Shown piece by piece: positions 1 through 11,984 of a DNA stretch of 64,000 nt; the first letter of the stretch is position 1, and each line of letters opens with the position of its first letter. The stretch is taken from assembly GCF_009914755.1 (NCBI RefSeq), contig NC_060930.1; one strand, given 5' to 3'. Both the position numbers and the translations under genes were made by a program. The stretch comes from the human T2T-CHM13v2.0 reference genome, Homo sapiens. Under the pieces are notes generated by a model. That model was not told the DNA's origin and did not search any database. It saw nothing but the letters and a program-made list of their open reading frames with translations.

Positions 1-380
1 TTTGATTTCATTCATCCTTTATATTGTTTTCTTGGTTTTAATTTCATTTATTTCTTCTCTGATCATATTTCTTTTCTTCTACTAATTTTGGGTTTGGTTT
101 GCTTTTTCTTTTCTAATTCTTTAAGATGCATTATTAGGATGCTTGTTTGAAGTTTTTCTACTTTTGTGATGTAGGCACTTATGGCTATAAATTTTCCTTT
201 TAGTACTGTTTTCATTGTATCCCATTCATTTGGGTATATTGTGTTTTCACTTTCTTTTGTTTCTAAAAATTTCTAAATTTTTTTCTTAATTTCTTCATTG
301 ACCCACTGGCCATTCAAGAGCATATTGCTTAATTTCTATGTGTTTGTGAAGTTTCCAAAATTCCTTTGGTTATTGATTTC

Positions 381-760
381 TTTATTTTTTAACTTTTACT
401 TTAAGTCCGGGGCACATGTGCAATTTTGTTATATTGGTAAGCTTGTGTTACAGGGGTTTGTTGAACTGATTATTTCATCACTCAGGTACTAAGTCCAGTA
501 CCCAATAGTCATTTTTACTGATCATCTTCCTTCTCGCAACTTCCACCATCCAGTTGGCCTCGGTATCTCTTGTTCCCCTCTATGTGTCCGTACATTCTCA
601 TCATTTAGCTCCTACTTATAAGTGAGAACATGCAATATTTGTTTTTTGTTCCTGTGTTAGTTCGCTAAGGACAGTGGCCCCATCCATGTCCTTGTAAAGA
701 ACATGATTTTTTTTTATGGCTGCATGGTATTCCATGGTGTATATGTACCACATTTTCTTT
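381..760 (-). mobile_element. 5'-truncated L1PA (about L1PA13-16) 3' end nested in the old L1
   Basis: T-rich tail followed by L1PA 3' UTR antisense sequence (ggggcacatgtgca...cttataagtgagaacatgc...gtatatgtaccacattttc). It splits the host L1 phrase ttattgatttct|agtttcatttc. Confidence 0.85.
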
Positions 761-2011
761 CTAGTTTCATTTCTTTGTGGTCAGATTAGATACTTGATAT
801 TATTTCAGGTTTTGTTAAATTTTTGGCTTGTTTTGTGAGTTAATGTATAGTTTATGCTTGAGAATGACCCATTTACTGAGCGGAAGAATGCATATTCTGT
901 AGCCATATGATGAAATGTTCTCTTAACATCTATTAAGTCCATTTGGTCTATAGTGCAGATTAAGGTCAATGTTTCTTTGTTGATTTTCTGTTTGGATGAT
1001 ATGTTCTATGCTGAAAGTAGAGTGTTGAAGTCTCCAGCTATTATTATATTTGTGCCTATCCTCTCTTTATTTCTAATAATATTTGCTTTATATATCTGTG
1101 TCCTCCAGTGTTGAATGCATATATATTTACAATTGTATCCTCTTACTCTATTTACCCTTTGTCATTATATAGGAACTTCTTGTCTCTCTTTACAGTTTTT
1201 GTGTTGAAATCTATTTTATTTGATATAAGTATACCTACTCCAGCTCTTTTTGGGTTTCCATTTCCATTACATATACTTTTCCACCCCTTCATTTTTAGTC
1301 TGTGTGTCTTTATGGGTGAGGTATATTTCTTGTAGGCAACAAATCATTGGGTCTTTTTTCTTTTTATTTTTTGTCTATTCAGCCACTATACATCTTTTGA
1401 TTGGAGAGTTTAATTTATTTATACTAATGTTACTACTGATAAGTAAGAACTTACTCCTGCCATATTGTTATTTGTTTTCTGATTGTTTTGTTGTCTTCTC
1501 TTTCCTCTTTCCCTCCCTCCGGTCTTCCTTTTGTTGAAGGTGACTTTTGTTGGTGGTACGTTTTACTTTTTTGCTTTTTCTTTGTACCTGTTATAGATTG
1601 TTTAATTTGAGGTTACTGTAAGGCTTGCAAATAATACCTAACAATCTATTATTGTAAACTGATTACAACTTAGCACTGATTGCAGAAATAAACACACAAA
1701 GAGAAAACTAATAAAAACTGTACACTTTAACTTCATTCCCCCATTTTTAGCTTCTTATTGTTTCTAAGTATATCTTATTATATAAGATATAATAAGATGT
1801 CTATGTCTTGAAAAGTTGTTATAGTTTTATTTTTGATAAGTTCATCTTTTAGTCTTTCTACCCAAGTTACGAGTAGTTTACATACCACAATTAGTGTTAT
1901 AATATTCTGTATTTTTCTGTGTGCTAACTATTACAAATGAGGTTTGTACCTTCAGATAATTTATATTTACCATTAACCTCCTTTTATTCCAGATTGAAGA
2001 ACTCCCCTTAG

Positions 2012-2295
<284 letters not shown>

Positions 2296-4709
2296 TCCCC
2301 TTAGCATTTCTTTTATGACAAGTCTCGTGTTGATGAAATACTTCACCTTTTGTTTGTCTGAAAAGTCTTTATTTCTTCTTCATGTTTAAAGGATGTTTTC
2401 CCTTTATATGCTATTCTAGGATAAGAGTTGTTTTTCTTCAGTACTTTAAACATATCATGCAATTTTCTCCTGGCCTGTAAGGAGAGGAGAAGTCTCCTCT
2501 GAGGTTTCCACTGAGAAGGCTAATGCCACATGTATTGAAGTTCCTTTGTATATTATTTGTTTGTTTTCCCTTGCTGCTTTTAGGATTCTTTCTTTATCTT
2601 CGACCTTTGGGAATTTGATTGTTAAATGCCTTGATGTAGGTGTATTTGGATTAAATCTGCTTGGTGTTCTATAATCTTCTTGTTCTTGAATATTGATATC
2701 TTTCTCTAGGTTTGGGAAGTTCTCTGTTATTATCCCTTTGAATAGATTTTCTTACCCCAATCTCTCTTTGTACCTCTTCTTTAAGGCCCATAAATCTTAG
2801 ATTTGCCCTTTTGAGGTTATTCTCTAGATCTCATAGGCATGCTTCATTTATTTATTTTTATTTTTATTTTTGGTCTCCTCTGCCTGTGTGTTTTCAAATA
2901 GCCTGACTTTAAGTTCACTAATTCTTTCTTCTACTTGATTAATTCTGCTATTAAGAGACTCTAATGCATTCTGCAGTATATCAATTGCATTTTTCAGCTC
3001 CAGAGTTTCTGCTTAATTCTTTTTTAATTATTTCAATCTCTTTGTTTAATTTATCTGGCAGAATTCTTAATTTCTCCTCTGTGTTATCTTATATTTTATT
3101 GAGCTTCCTCAAAATAGCTATTTTGAATTATCTGTCTGAAAAGTAACATGTCTCTGTCTCTCCAGGATGGGTCACTGGTGCCTTATTTCATTTATTTCAT
3201 TTGTTTGGTGAGTTCATGTTTTTCTGGATGATCTTGATGCTCATGGATGTTCATCATTGTCTGGGCAATGAAAAATTAGATATTTATTGTAATCTTCACA
3301 GTCTGGGCTTATTTGTATCCATTCTTCTTCGGAAGGGTTTCCAGGTTTTCAAAGAGACATGGGTATCGTGATCTAAGTCTTTGGTGTCGTGGAGGCCTTG
3401 AGTTAGATCTGGGAGAATTCCCTGAATTACAAAGCAGAGACTCTTGTTCTCTTCCTTTACTTTTCCCCAAACAGAGTCTGTCTTTGGGCTGAGCTCCCAG
3501 GAGCTGGGGAGGGATGACACAATTATACTTGTGCCCACTACCACTGGGACTGTGCTGGGTAAGACCTGTTATTATTGGCACAGCACAACATTGGGTCACA
3601 CCCAAGGCCCTCAGTGACCACTGCCTAGCTACCACCTATGTTCACTCAAGGCCCAAGCGGCTCTACAATCAGCAGATGACAATCCAGCTAGGCTTGCTTT
3701 CTTCTCTTAAGGGTGATGAGTTCTCTTAGCCCTGAAAGATACTGTCTGGAAGCCAGGGCCTAGAGTAGGGAACCTTAAGAATCTACCTGGTGCTCCATTC
3801 TATTGTGGCTAGGCTGGCACCCAAGCTGCAAGACAAAGTCTTCCCCATGCTTTCTTCCTCTTACCTCAAGCAGAGGAGTTTCTCCCTGTGTCCACTAGTG
3901 CCCCAGGCCCACAGCAAGTGCTGCCTGGCTACTGCCGATTTTCATTCAGAGCCCATAGGCTCTTCAGTCAGCTTGTGGTGAATGCTTCTAGGCTGGGGTC
4001 TCTTCCTTCAGGGCAAGTGGCTCCATTCTGGCCCAGGACCAGGAGCCAAGGCCTGGAATCAGGAATACCAGGAGCCTGCTTGTTGCTCTACCCAACTGTG
4101 GCCCAAGATGCAAGAGAAAGTCCCCTTTACTCTTTCCTCTCCTTTCTTCCCTTGGCTACCCTGGCTGGTGTCTTGCTAGGTCACATGTACGCCAAGTCCA
4201 CTGGCTCCAAGTTCAGCACAGCACCACAGCTTGCCTAGGATTTGCAGTCCTTGTGGCCTAGACTTCTTTTCAAGTTTATTTAGAACCCCAGAGTCCTTTA
4301 GCCCATGATGGCAGGGCTTTCCAGAACTTTCCTCTGTAGGCACTGACTGAGTTCATCCTGTTTTTGCGTTCTGTTGTGCCAGGGCAGCACTGAGTTCTAA
4401 TTCAAAGTCCCGTGATCAATGCACTCTCTCTCCTGCAAGCAGACAGATTATATCTGCACCAACAGTCAATGCTGGGGGATGGGAAGGGATGGTGTCAGCA
4501 ATTCAGGATTTCATTTTCTGCCCTTTTCATTGCCTCTTTTAGTGATATGAAATTAAAACCAGGTACTATGATTGCTCACCTGATTTTTGGAGCTTATAAA
4601 AAAAGGTGCTTTTTTTGTATGGATAATTGTTGAATTTGCTGTTTCCACAGGATGGACAATTACTGAAGAGTTCTATTTGGCCATCTTGCTCTGCTTCTTC
4701 AATCTGTAC

Positions 4710-4880
4710 TATGTGTGTGTGTTTGTGTGTCTGTGTGTATATGTAATATATATGATATATATAGTATATATACTATATATAGTACTATATATAGTATATA
4801 TACTATATATAGTACTATATATAGTATATGTATGGTACAGATTGTATATTATGCATGTGTATATATGTGTGTGTGTGTGT
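4710..4880. repeat. (TG)n/(TA)n compound microsatellite containing a 62-bp perfect palindrome
   Basis: 30-bp unit tatatatagtatatatactatatatagtac repeated ~2.5 times; 4768-4829 is its own reverse complement. Confidence 0.95.
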
Positions 4881-5001
4881 AAGAGAATTAGCCGCCTTCA
4901 GCTTTTATTCTTTCCCGAAGCTTTGCAAAACCTCTCAGCCTTCCAAGAAGGTTTGCGTCTTTCCGTATAATTTTTCCCACCACCCTGACTGATCTCCTAC
5001 A
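4881..5001 (-). mobile_element. Truncated 3' LTR (first 121 bp of U3 only)
   Basis: Aligns without gaps to 9291-9411 with 14 mismatches in 121 bp, then runs into (TG)n. Confidence 0.92.
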
Positions 5002-5014
5002 TCTCCCCCTTTTC
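5002..5014 (-). other. Retroviral polypurine tract
   Basis: Minus strand gaaaagggggaga immediately precedes the TG of the 3' LTR. Confidence 0.88.
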
Positions 5015-5500
5015 TGCTTTTTGCATCAGGTTTTGTTGACTGAAGAGTACAGATGTGTGCAGCAACAGGTTTGTCTGGGGTAGCAGTTACTGCTCATATT
5101 CCAGCTTTGCATCCTAGAATTAGTAAATGAGACAAACATGACTATAATTAGTAATATTCTTTTCCAATCAAGGAGCAACATCTAGTGTTACTTGGCACCA
5201 CAGTCTAATGTGTGCCGTTAGTAAGGAACACCACTGGAGGTATGTCAAGCCCTCCCAGCCAAGCAGTTACATTATTAGAGGCTGGGAAGGGGGTGTCTGC
5301 CCAGGTAACAGGGCAGAAGAAAGGCAGATTTAGAAGATGGGTCTAATAAAATGCAGCAGGTATTGGTTGCAGCCACAGTGAGAGAATAAGAAAAACCAAT
5401 ATCCTATGAGAGTTGCAATGTACAACAGAAAGCATAGCAAGGAACAAATTATCTGGAGTGAACGGCATCTGTGTCCCGAGCAGGTTCACTCAACCTCCTG
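5015..5500 (-). pseudogene. env: env remnant, with most of SU/TM deleted
   Basis: Only ~0.5 kb lies between the end of integrase and the PPT, against ~2 kb for a betaretroviral env. Assigned mainly by position. Confidence 0.6.
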
Positions 5501-8150
5501 ATTTGTCTTCTTCATTATCCCCCAGGTAATGTCTGGGGCTTGTGTCATCCGAGGAAGCAGCATCATCTGGGGTTACGGATCCTGCAGGGTCATTTCCTTC
5601 ATTTCTGGTACTGGGCTGGGTCTTAGCCACACCATGGTATGGTTTGATGCATTATGCTGGAATCCAAAGAGTACCTGAGGGGGTGTGAACACAAGGATAT
5701 TCTCTTCCCCACGTTAGCAATTCATTTGGACCACACCATACATTACTATTTACATCCTTCCATAAAACTGTGGGTTTTATGTCTTGAGAGGTTTTTAGCA
5801 AAGTGCTTTTCTATGGCTGATTGAAATTTATCATTTAAATTTAAGAAACTAAGGGTAAATAAGGCTTGCACTAGTAGTGTTGCAGGATCCTTACTCATAT
5901 TCCCCCTTTTTTGTTTTCTGAGCATATTTTTAAGGGTGGAGTGGATACATTCTACTATGGCCTGTCCTTGGGGTTATACAGGATGCCTGTGGAATATTGG
6001 ATGTTCCATGTGTGACAAAATTGTTGAAATTGTGAGCTGGCATAAGAAGGACCATTATCAGTTTTAATTTTTGTGAGCCACCCCATAAACACAAAAGTTA
6101 AGAGAAGATGTTTAATGACATATTGGGTGAACTCTCCAGGAAGAGTATGTGAGCTAATTAGGGGGGAATTGGTATCAATGGATACATGTACATATCTAAG
6201 TTTTCCAAATTCAGGGACGTGAATAACATCTGCCATAACTGATTAGGTTCTAGTCCTCTAGGGTTAACACCTGTTGAAGGAGGGGACATGCCTGTGAATT
6301 GGCAATCTGAGCATTATAAAATAATTTGTTTAGCTAGTCTTTGGGTAAGTTGAAATTGTTTAGATAAGTTGCTCCAATTTTGGTGAAAAAATTGATGTGA
6401 TTGTGTGGCTTGGTCAAGCAGTGACATCATAACCTGCAGGTCTGCTGGATTATTGCCATAAGCCAGTGGGCCAGGAAGTGAGCTGTGGGCTCGAATATGT
6501 GTGATAAAAATAGGATGTGTACGTTGATCCAGCAATTGCTGAAGTCGAAGAAAAAGTGCACACAGGGTGGGCTCGAGAGTGGACTTAATAAGGACTATCT
6601 CAAGGTTCCATAATAAGTAAACAGAGTAAGCAGAGTCACTAACAATATTGATGGGCTGAGTGGAAAAAGTTTCCAGGGACAATATTAAGGCTCCAACCTC
6701 AGCTCTCTGAGCACTAATAAATCCCGATCGACTGAAGGAGTTATGCAGTTCCCACTAGACAGCTGTTTTCCCATTTTTACTAGAGTTATCAGTAAAAAGC
6801 AGTAAAGTGTTAAGTATGGGGAAGTGAACTACCTTTGTAGGCATAACTGCAGGAGTACGAGATAAGAACTGAAGTAGTTTGTCAGCAGGAAGGGCATGTT
6901 CTATATGGCCTGCATAATCAGAGAGTGCTAGTTGCAGGTCTAGAGATAAGGGCAAGACTGCTTTGAATTGGTTTTTACTCAAAGGAATTCTTATGACATC
7001 AGGGTCATAACCTAGCAATGGATTGCATCATCTGCAGCCTGTATAGGTGACTTTACTAACTAGCTGGATATAGGGAGATAGTGTTTTAGTCTTGGTATGT
7101 GAGCAAAAGACCCATTCTAGAAAGCACAGCCCTGGGGCTATGTTTCCTATTAATCCTGTTGGGGAAAGTTTAGTAGGAAAAACAAAAAATTGAACTGAAT
7201 ATTGTGGGTCTATGCAATCTAGCTGCCTCTGAGAAATAGCTTGCTCTATTTCCTCAATTTCTGTTTTTGCTGCAGGGGTTAAATACCTGGGAGAGTCTAG
7301 GGCTTATTGCTCTTTAGGATAGAAAACAGGTTTTGTAACTTATCGTAGTTATGCCCAAAGTGGGCGAAGCCAATTAATATCACCCAGTAATTTCTGATAA
7401 TCATTTAAGGTGTGTAAGTTGTCAGTGTTCAATTTAACCTTTTGAAGTCTCACTGACCAGGAAGTTAGTATGTATCCAGAATATTTCAAAGGAAAGGACA
7501 TCTGTACTTTTTCAGGTGCTATGATTAAACCTCTTAACCGTGTATTCCTTTGGACATAGGCATATAAACTTAAAAGTACTGGCTCTGTTGGATCTGCTAG
7601 TAAAATATCATCCATAAAATGAATAATCTTGCAATTAGGAAATTCTTTTCTACTTGGGAGAAAACCTTGATTTACATGATACTGTCACATGGTAGGACTC
7701 TTCAGCATCCCTTGAGGAAGTACATTCCAATGAAATCAATGAGCTGGCCTTTCATTATTGATAGCTGGTATAGTAAATGCAAAGTTTTATCTGTCCTGTT
7801 CTGCAAGGGGAATAGTATAAAAAACAGTCTTTTAAGTCAATAACGACTCTAGGCCAATCTTGAGGAATCAGCTTGGGGGAAGTGAGCACCTGTTGAAGGG
7901 GCCCCATAGGTTGCAAATTAGCATTAATAGCCTGTAAGTCATGCAATAGTCTCCATTTGCCAGATCTTTTGGGAATAATGAAAATGGGTGAATTCCAAGG
8001 GCTGTTTGATGGTTCTAGGTGGCTGGCTTTTAATTGCTCCTCAATTAATTAATGGGTTCTTTGTAATTTCTCTCCCTTTAAAGGTCACTGTTCTATGCAA
8101 ATTGGATCTTGAGAGAGCCACATCAGGGGTAGGGGAGGAATAACAGTGGC
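5490..8150 (-). pseudogene. pol: Decayed retroviral pol (RT, RNase H, integrase)
   Basis: Fragments: [57 protein letters not shown] (RT); LFTD, NIVSDSAY, HIRAHS (RNase H); HQFFH, KTDNGP (IN). Multiple stops and frameshifts. Confidence 0.95.
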
Positions 8151-8184
8151 CATTAATAGAAAGAGGTCTACAGAGTGACCTCAA

Positions 8185-8799
8185 CCCTCTCATAAATGGG
8201 CTAGCAGCTCTGTTTTCTCTAATTCTTCTTATCTCTTTCTAAGCACCAAAATAAATGGGTACATACATCCGATTGCCTTGCCAATCTTGCATTACCGGGC
8301 AGGCTAAGAGCTCCCCTTCTAATGCCGCTTGCCTAAGACAGGGTCCCACAGCTGTAGTGTATCCCTTGTCTTTCTTCCAATTTATTGGAGGAGGGAGCTC
8401 AGGAAAAACCTTTGTTTTCTCTTTGGTATCTTTACCCTGTAATGGTGGGGCTAAGGGAGGAGGAGCAGGCAGTAAGGTAGGTGATGGTTCTTCCCCTCTT
8501 CGCTTTTTAGGCTCTTCTGGGTAGAGTGGGGCCAAAGCAGCCCTAACTAAGGCCCATAATGTTAAAGATGTTACTGTGACCCGTTGCCCTTGTGCATGAT
8601 GTTGTTTAAGACTACTCCTCACTTGTTCCCAGAGCTCTAGGTCTAACGTGCCTTCTTCCAGGAACCATGGGTTATGGGAAACAAGAGTTTGCATTAGGTC
8701 TCTTAATTGAGCGTGTGAAACCAAGGCTCCACTAGCTTTAAGCAGCTATTTCAATACTTTTATATACTGTTTCTTTTGAGCTAATAACTGTTGTCCCAT
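8185..8799 (-). pseudogene. gag: gag 5' remnant (matrix and proline-rich region); CA, NC and pro deleted
   Basis: ATG at 8799 gives MGQQLL..., in frame with ORF 8239..8724 after one TAG. NPWFLEEGTLDLELWEQV is a betaretroviral matrix motif. Confidence 0.9.
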
Positions 8800-8922
8800 G
8801 ATGAAACCCTAGCCTGAAAATTCCCCCAAACTTGGAAATCCTGAGCAGGCATCAGTGACTTACTGACTGTGCAGTCTCTTCACCTTTATTTTTGGGGGTT
8901 CCATTGCAATCTGTTGCAGCAT

Positions 8923-8940
8923 TCCTCACAGGGGGCACTA
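8923..8940 (-). other. Primer binding site complementary to elongator tRNA-Met
   Basis: Minus strand tagtgccccctgtgagga matches tggtgccccgtgtgagga at 16/18, 2 nt after the CA ending the 5' LTR. Confidence 0.8.
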
Positions 8941-8942
8941 CC

Positions 8943-9411
8943 TGCCAGGTCTGTCCAGCAGACTGGCCAAGAGACAAATGAAAGAAGTATGCAAACGTCG
9001 GTATTTTGCCTGAGAGTATAGCTAGGGAACTGCACAGCTTAGCACCACCAACAAGAGTGCAGCCCGGATAAGTTAGAGCTGCTTGTATTTATTCAGTACA
9101 GATTTAATCACAAAGGCCTGGAGCAAACACAATTTATGGGTAATTAACATTGTTGCCCCCCTGAGTAGAAAGCAGGCCTACACACGCGAATGATCAAAGG
9201 TTGGTTTCCGGAGATGAAAGTAAATGAATTCATCTACATAAATTCTTTTACATTCCCTTGTTATCTCCCCTTCGCACTCTGCTTCAGGGTAAGAGAGTTA
9301 GCTGCCTTCAGCTTTTATTCTCTTGCAAAGCTTTGCAAAACCTCTTGGCCTTCCAAGAAGGTTTGCATCTTTCCCTATAATTTTTTCCACCTCCCTGACC
9401 TATCTCCTACA
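8943..9411 (-). mobile_element. Complete 5' LTR (LTR22-type, 469 bp)
   Basis: TG...CA termini on the minus strand, AATAAA at 9093-9088, followed by the PBS. Confidence 0.9.
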
Positions 9412-10940
9412 ATGTATTATTATTATTATGTCCACAATTCTTATTTTGATTTGTATGGAAATTTTTGTTTTTGTTGTTGATTTCTGCAGTGTTAATTTTT
9501 GTGAGCCTGTTTTATTTAAAATATTTCCATCAGAAGGAGGATTTGCATCATGGTTGATGGGAGGCAGGACTAGCTTGCAGCTCCAGACAGAGAAGTGTGT
9601 AGAGGCTCACATTGTGAATTTTATCTCCAGATTGACTGCAAGAACAAACCAGAAATCCTGAAAGGACCCACATACCCTCTGAATAAAGCGGACTACTCCT
9701 GCAGGACCTGGGAGATACCCCAAAAACTGTGAGTGTCCCAACTGTGGAAGTGGGAAAGGGAAACCCTCCTCTCCTGAACAAACACCACCACTGGAGAAGC
9801 TGAAGGTCTTCTTATGGGAGAAATTTCTGATATTATCTGGAGCTCAGTCAATTTGGAGAGCAGAGCAAAATACAGAGGTAAAGGAGGCAGCAGAAAGGCC
9901 CTGGGAGCTCGCCGGGTCCCCTAGAAGGCCATTCTTGCCTGGCACCACAGAGATCCCTCGAGAGGGTGACCAGAGGAGCAGGAGGTAAAACTCCACAGGG
10001 AGAAGGAAATCTCTAGCTGAACTTTGTAACAATTCAAAGGGGGTTTGAAACCTGGCTAGATCTTGGGGGAGGGTGCAAATTCAGTGTGCAGACCCCACAG
10101 GCAGGGGTAGAACCATGCCCTTTTCATTTGCAACTGGGAGGTGGGTAGCCTGCGGCAGATTTTCAAGCCCGTCTCACACTGCACCTGGAAATGGACTCAG
10201 GGCTGTTGAGGGGGCATGGTGGGAGTGAGACCAGCCCTTTGGTTTGCATGGGAGCTGGGTGAAGTCTGTGACTACCAGCTTTCTCTCACTTCCTTGACAA
10301 CCTGCATGACTCAGCAAAGGTGGCTATAATCCTCCTAGGCACATGACTCCAGTGACCTGGGATTCTCATCCCCATCCCTGACAGCAGTGGTAGCAACACC
10401 CGCCCAAGTAGATTCTGAGCTCAGACACGCCTAGCCCTGGCCCCACATGATAGTCTTTCCCTACCCACCCTGGTAGCTAAAGACAAAGGCACATACAAGA
10501 TCCCTGCCCACCCCGGTTCCTCCTCATACTAACACAGCTGATGCTCTCTGGAAAGCACCAACTCCTGGCAGAAGGCCAACCAGCACAAAAATAGAGCATT
10601 AAACCACCAAGACTAAGAACCCTGAGAGAGTTCATTGCACCCCCCTGCCTGCCACCTCCACCTCCACTCAACAGGCACTGGCATCCATGGCTGAGAGACC
10701 GACAGACAGTTCACGTCACAGGACTCTGTGCAGACAACCCCCAGTACCAGCCCAGAGCCTGGTAGACTCACTGGGTGGCTAGACCCAGAAGACAGATAAC
10801 AATCACCACAGTTTTGTGCACAGGAAGCCACATCAATAGGAAAAATGGGCAAGTACTACATCAAGGGAACACCCTGTGGGACAAAAGAATCTGAACAACA
10901 GTCTTCAGCCCTAGACCTTCCCTCTGACAGAGCCTACCCA

Positions 10941-11855
10941 TGTGAGAAGGAACCAGAAAACCTATCCTGGTAATATGACAAAACAAGGCTCTTCAACACC
11001 CCCCCGCAAAATCACACTAGTTCACCAGCAGCAGACCCAAACCGAGAAGAAATCCCTGATTTACCTAAAAAATAGTTCAGAAGGTTAGTTATTAAGGTAA
11101 TGAGGGAGGGACCAGAGAAAGGCAAAGTCCAATGCAAGGAAATCCAAAAAATGATACAAGACGTGAAGGGAGAAATATTCAAGGAAATAGATAGCTTAAA
11201 GAAAAAACAAAAATTAAGGAAACTTTAGACACACTTTTAAAAATATGAAATGCTCTGGAAAGTCTCAGCAATAGAAATGAACAAGTAGAAAAAAGAAATT
11301 CAGAGCTCTAAGGCAAGGTCTTCGAATTAACCTAATTCAACAAAGACAAAGAATAAGAAAATATGAACAAAGTCTCCAAGAAGTCTGGGATTATGTTAAA
11401 TGCCCAAACCTAAGAATAATTGGTGTTCCTGAAGAAGAGAATTCTAAAAGCTTGGAAAACATTTTGAGGGAATAATTAAGGAAAACTTCCGTGGCCTTAC
11501 TAGAGAAAGGAAATTCATCACAAAAAGATCTTCACCGAGGTACATTGTCATCAGGTTATCTAAAGTTAAGACAAAGGAAAGAATCTTAAGAGCTATGAGA
11601 CAGAAGCATCAGGTAACCTATAAAGAAAAACCTATCAGATTAACAGCAGATTTTTAGCAGAAACACCACAAGCTGGAAGGGATTGGGACCCTATCTTCAG
11701 CCTCCTCAAACAAAATAATTATCAGCCAAGAATTTTGTATTTAGTAAAACTAAGCATCATATATGAAGCAAAGACGCAGTCTTTTTCAGACAAATGCTGA
11801 GAGAATTTGCCATTACCAAGCCACCACTACAGGACCTGCTAAAAGGAACTCTAAA
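10941..11855 (+). pseudogene. Decayed L1 ORF1
   Basis: Recognisable L1 ORF1 sequence (ctccaagaagtctgggattatgttaaa, cctatcagattaacagcagat, cagccaagaattttgtat) with stops and frameshifts. Confidence 0.85.
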
Positions 11856-11984
11856 TCTTGAAACAAATCCCAACAAAACAGAACCTCTTTAAAGCATAAA
11901 TCACACAGTACCTATAAAACAAAAATACAAGTTAAAAAGCAAAAACAAGAAACAAAAAGTCAAGGTATACAGGCAACAAAGAGC

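Larger units (their letters stand above)
4881..9411 (-). mobile_element. Deleted HERV-K(HML-5)/HERVK22-type provirus with LTR22-type LTRs
   Basis: Both LTRs start tgtaggagat on the minus strand. PBS, betaretroviral gag matrix, RT/RNase H/IN remnants, env remnant and PPT occur in canonical order. The internal region is only ~3.9 kb. Confidence 0.88.

Noticed and set aside
8239-8724. 161-aa Gag ORF as a domesticated retroviral protein
   Set aside because: The true ATG (8799) is followed by an in-frame TAG, the ORF starts at a non-ATG codon, and capsid is deleted.
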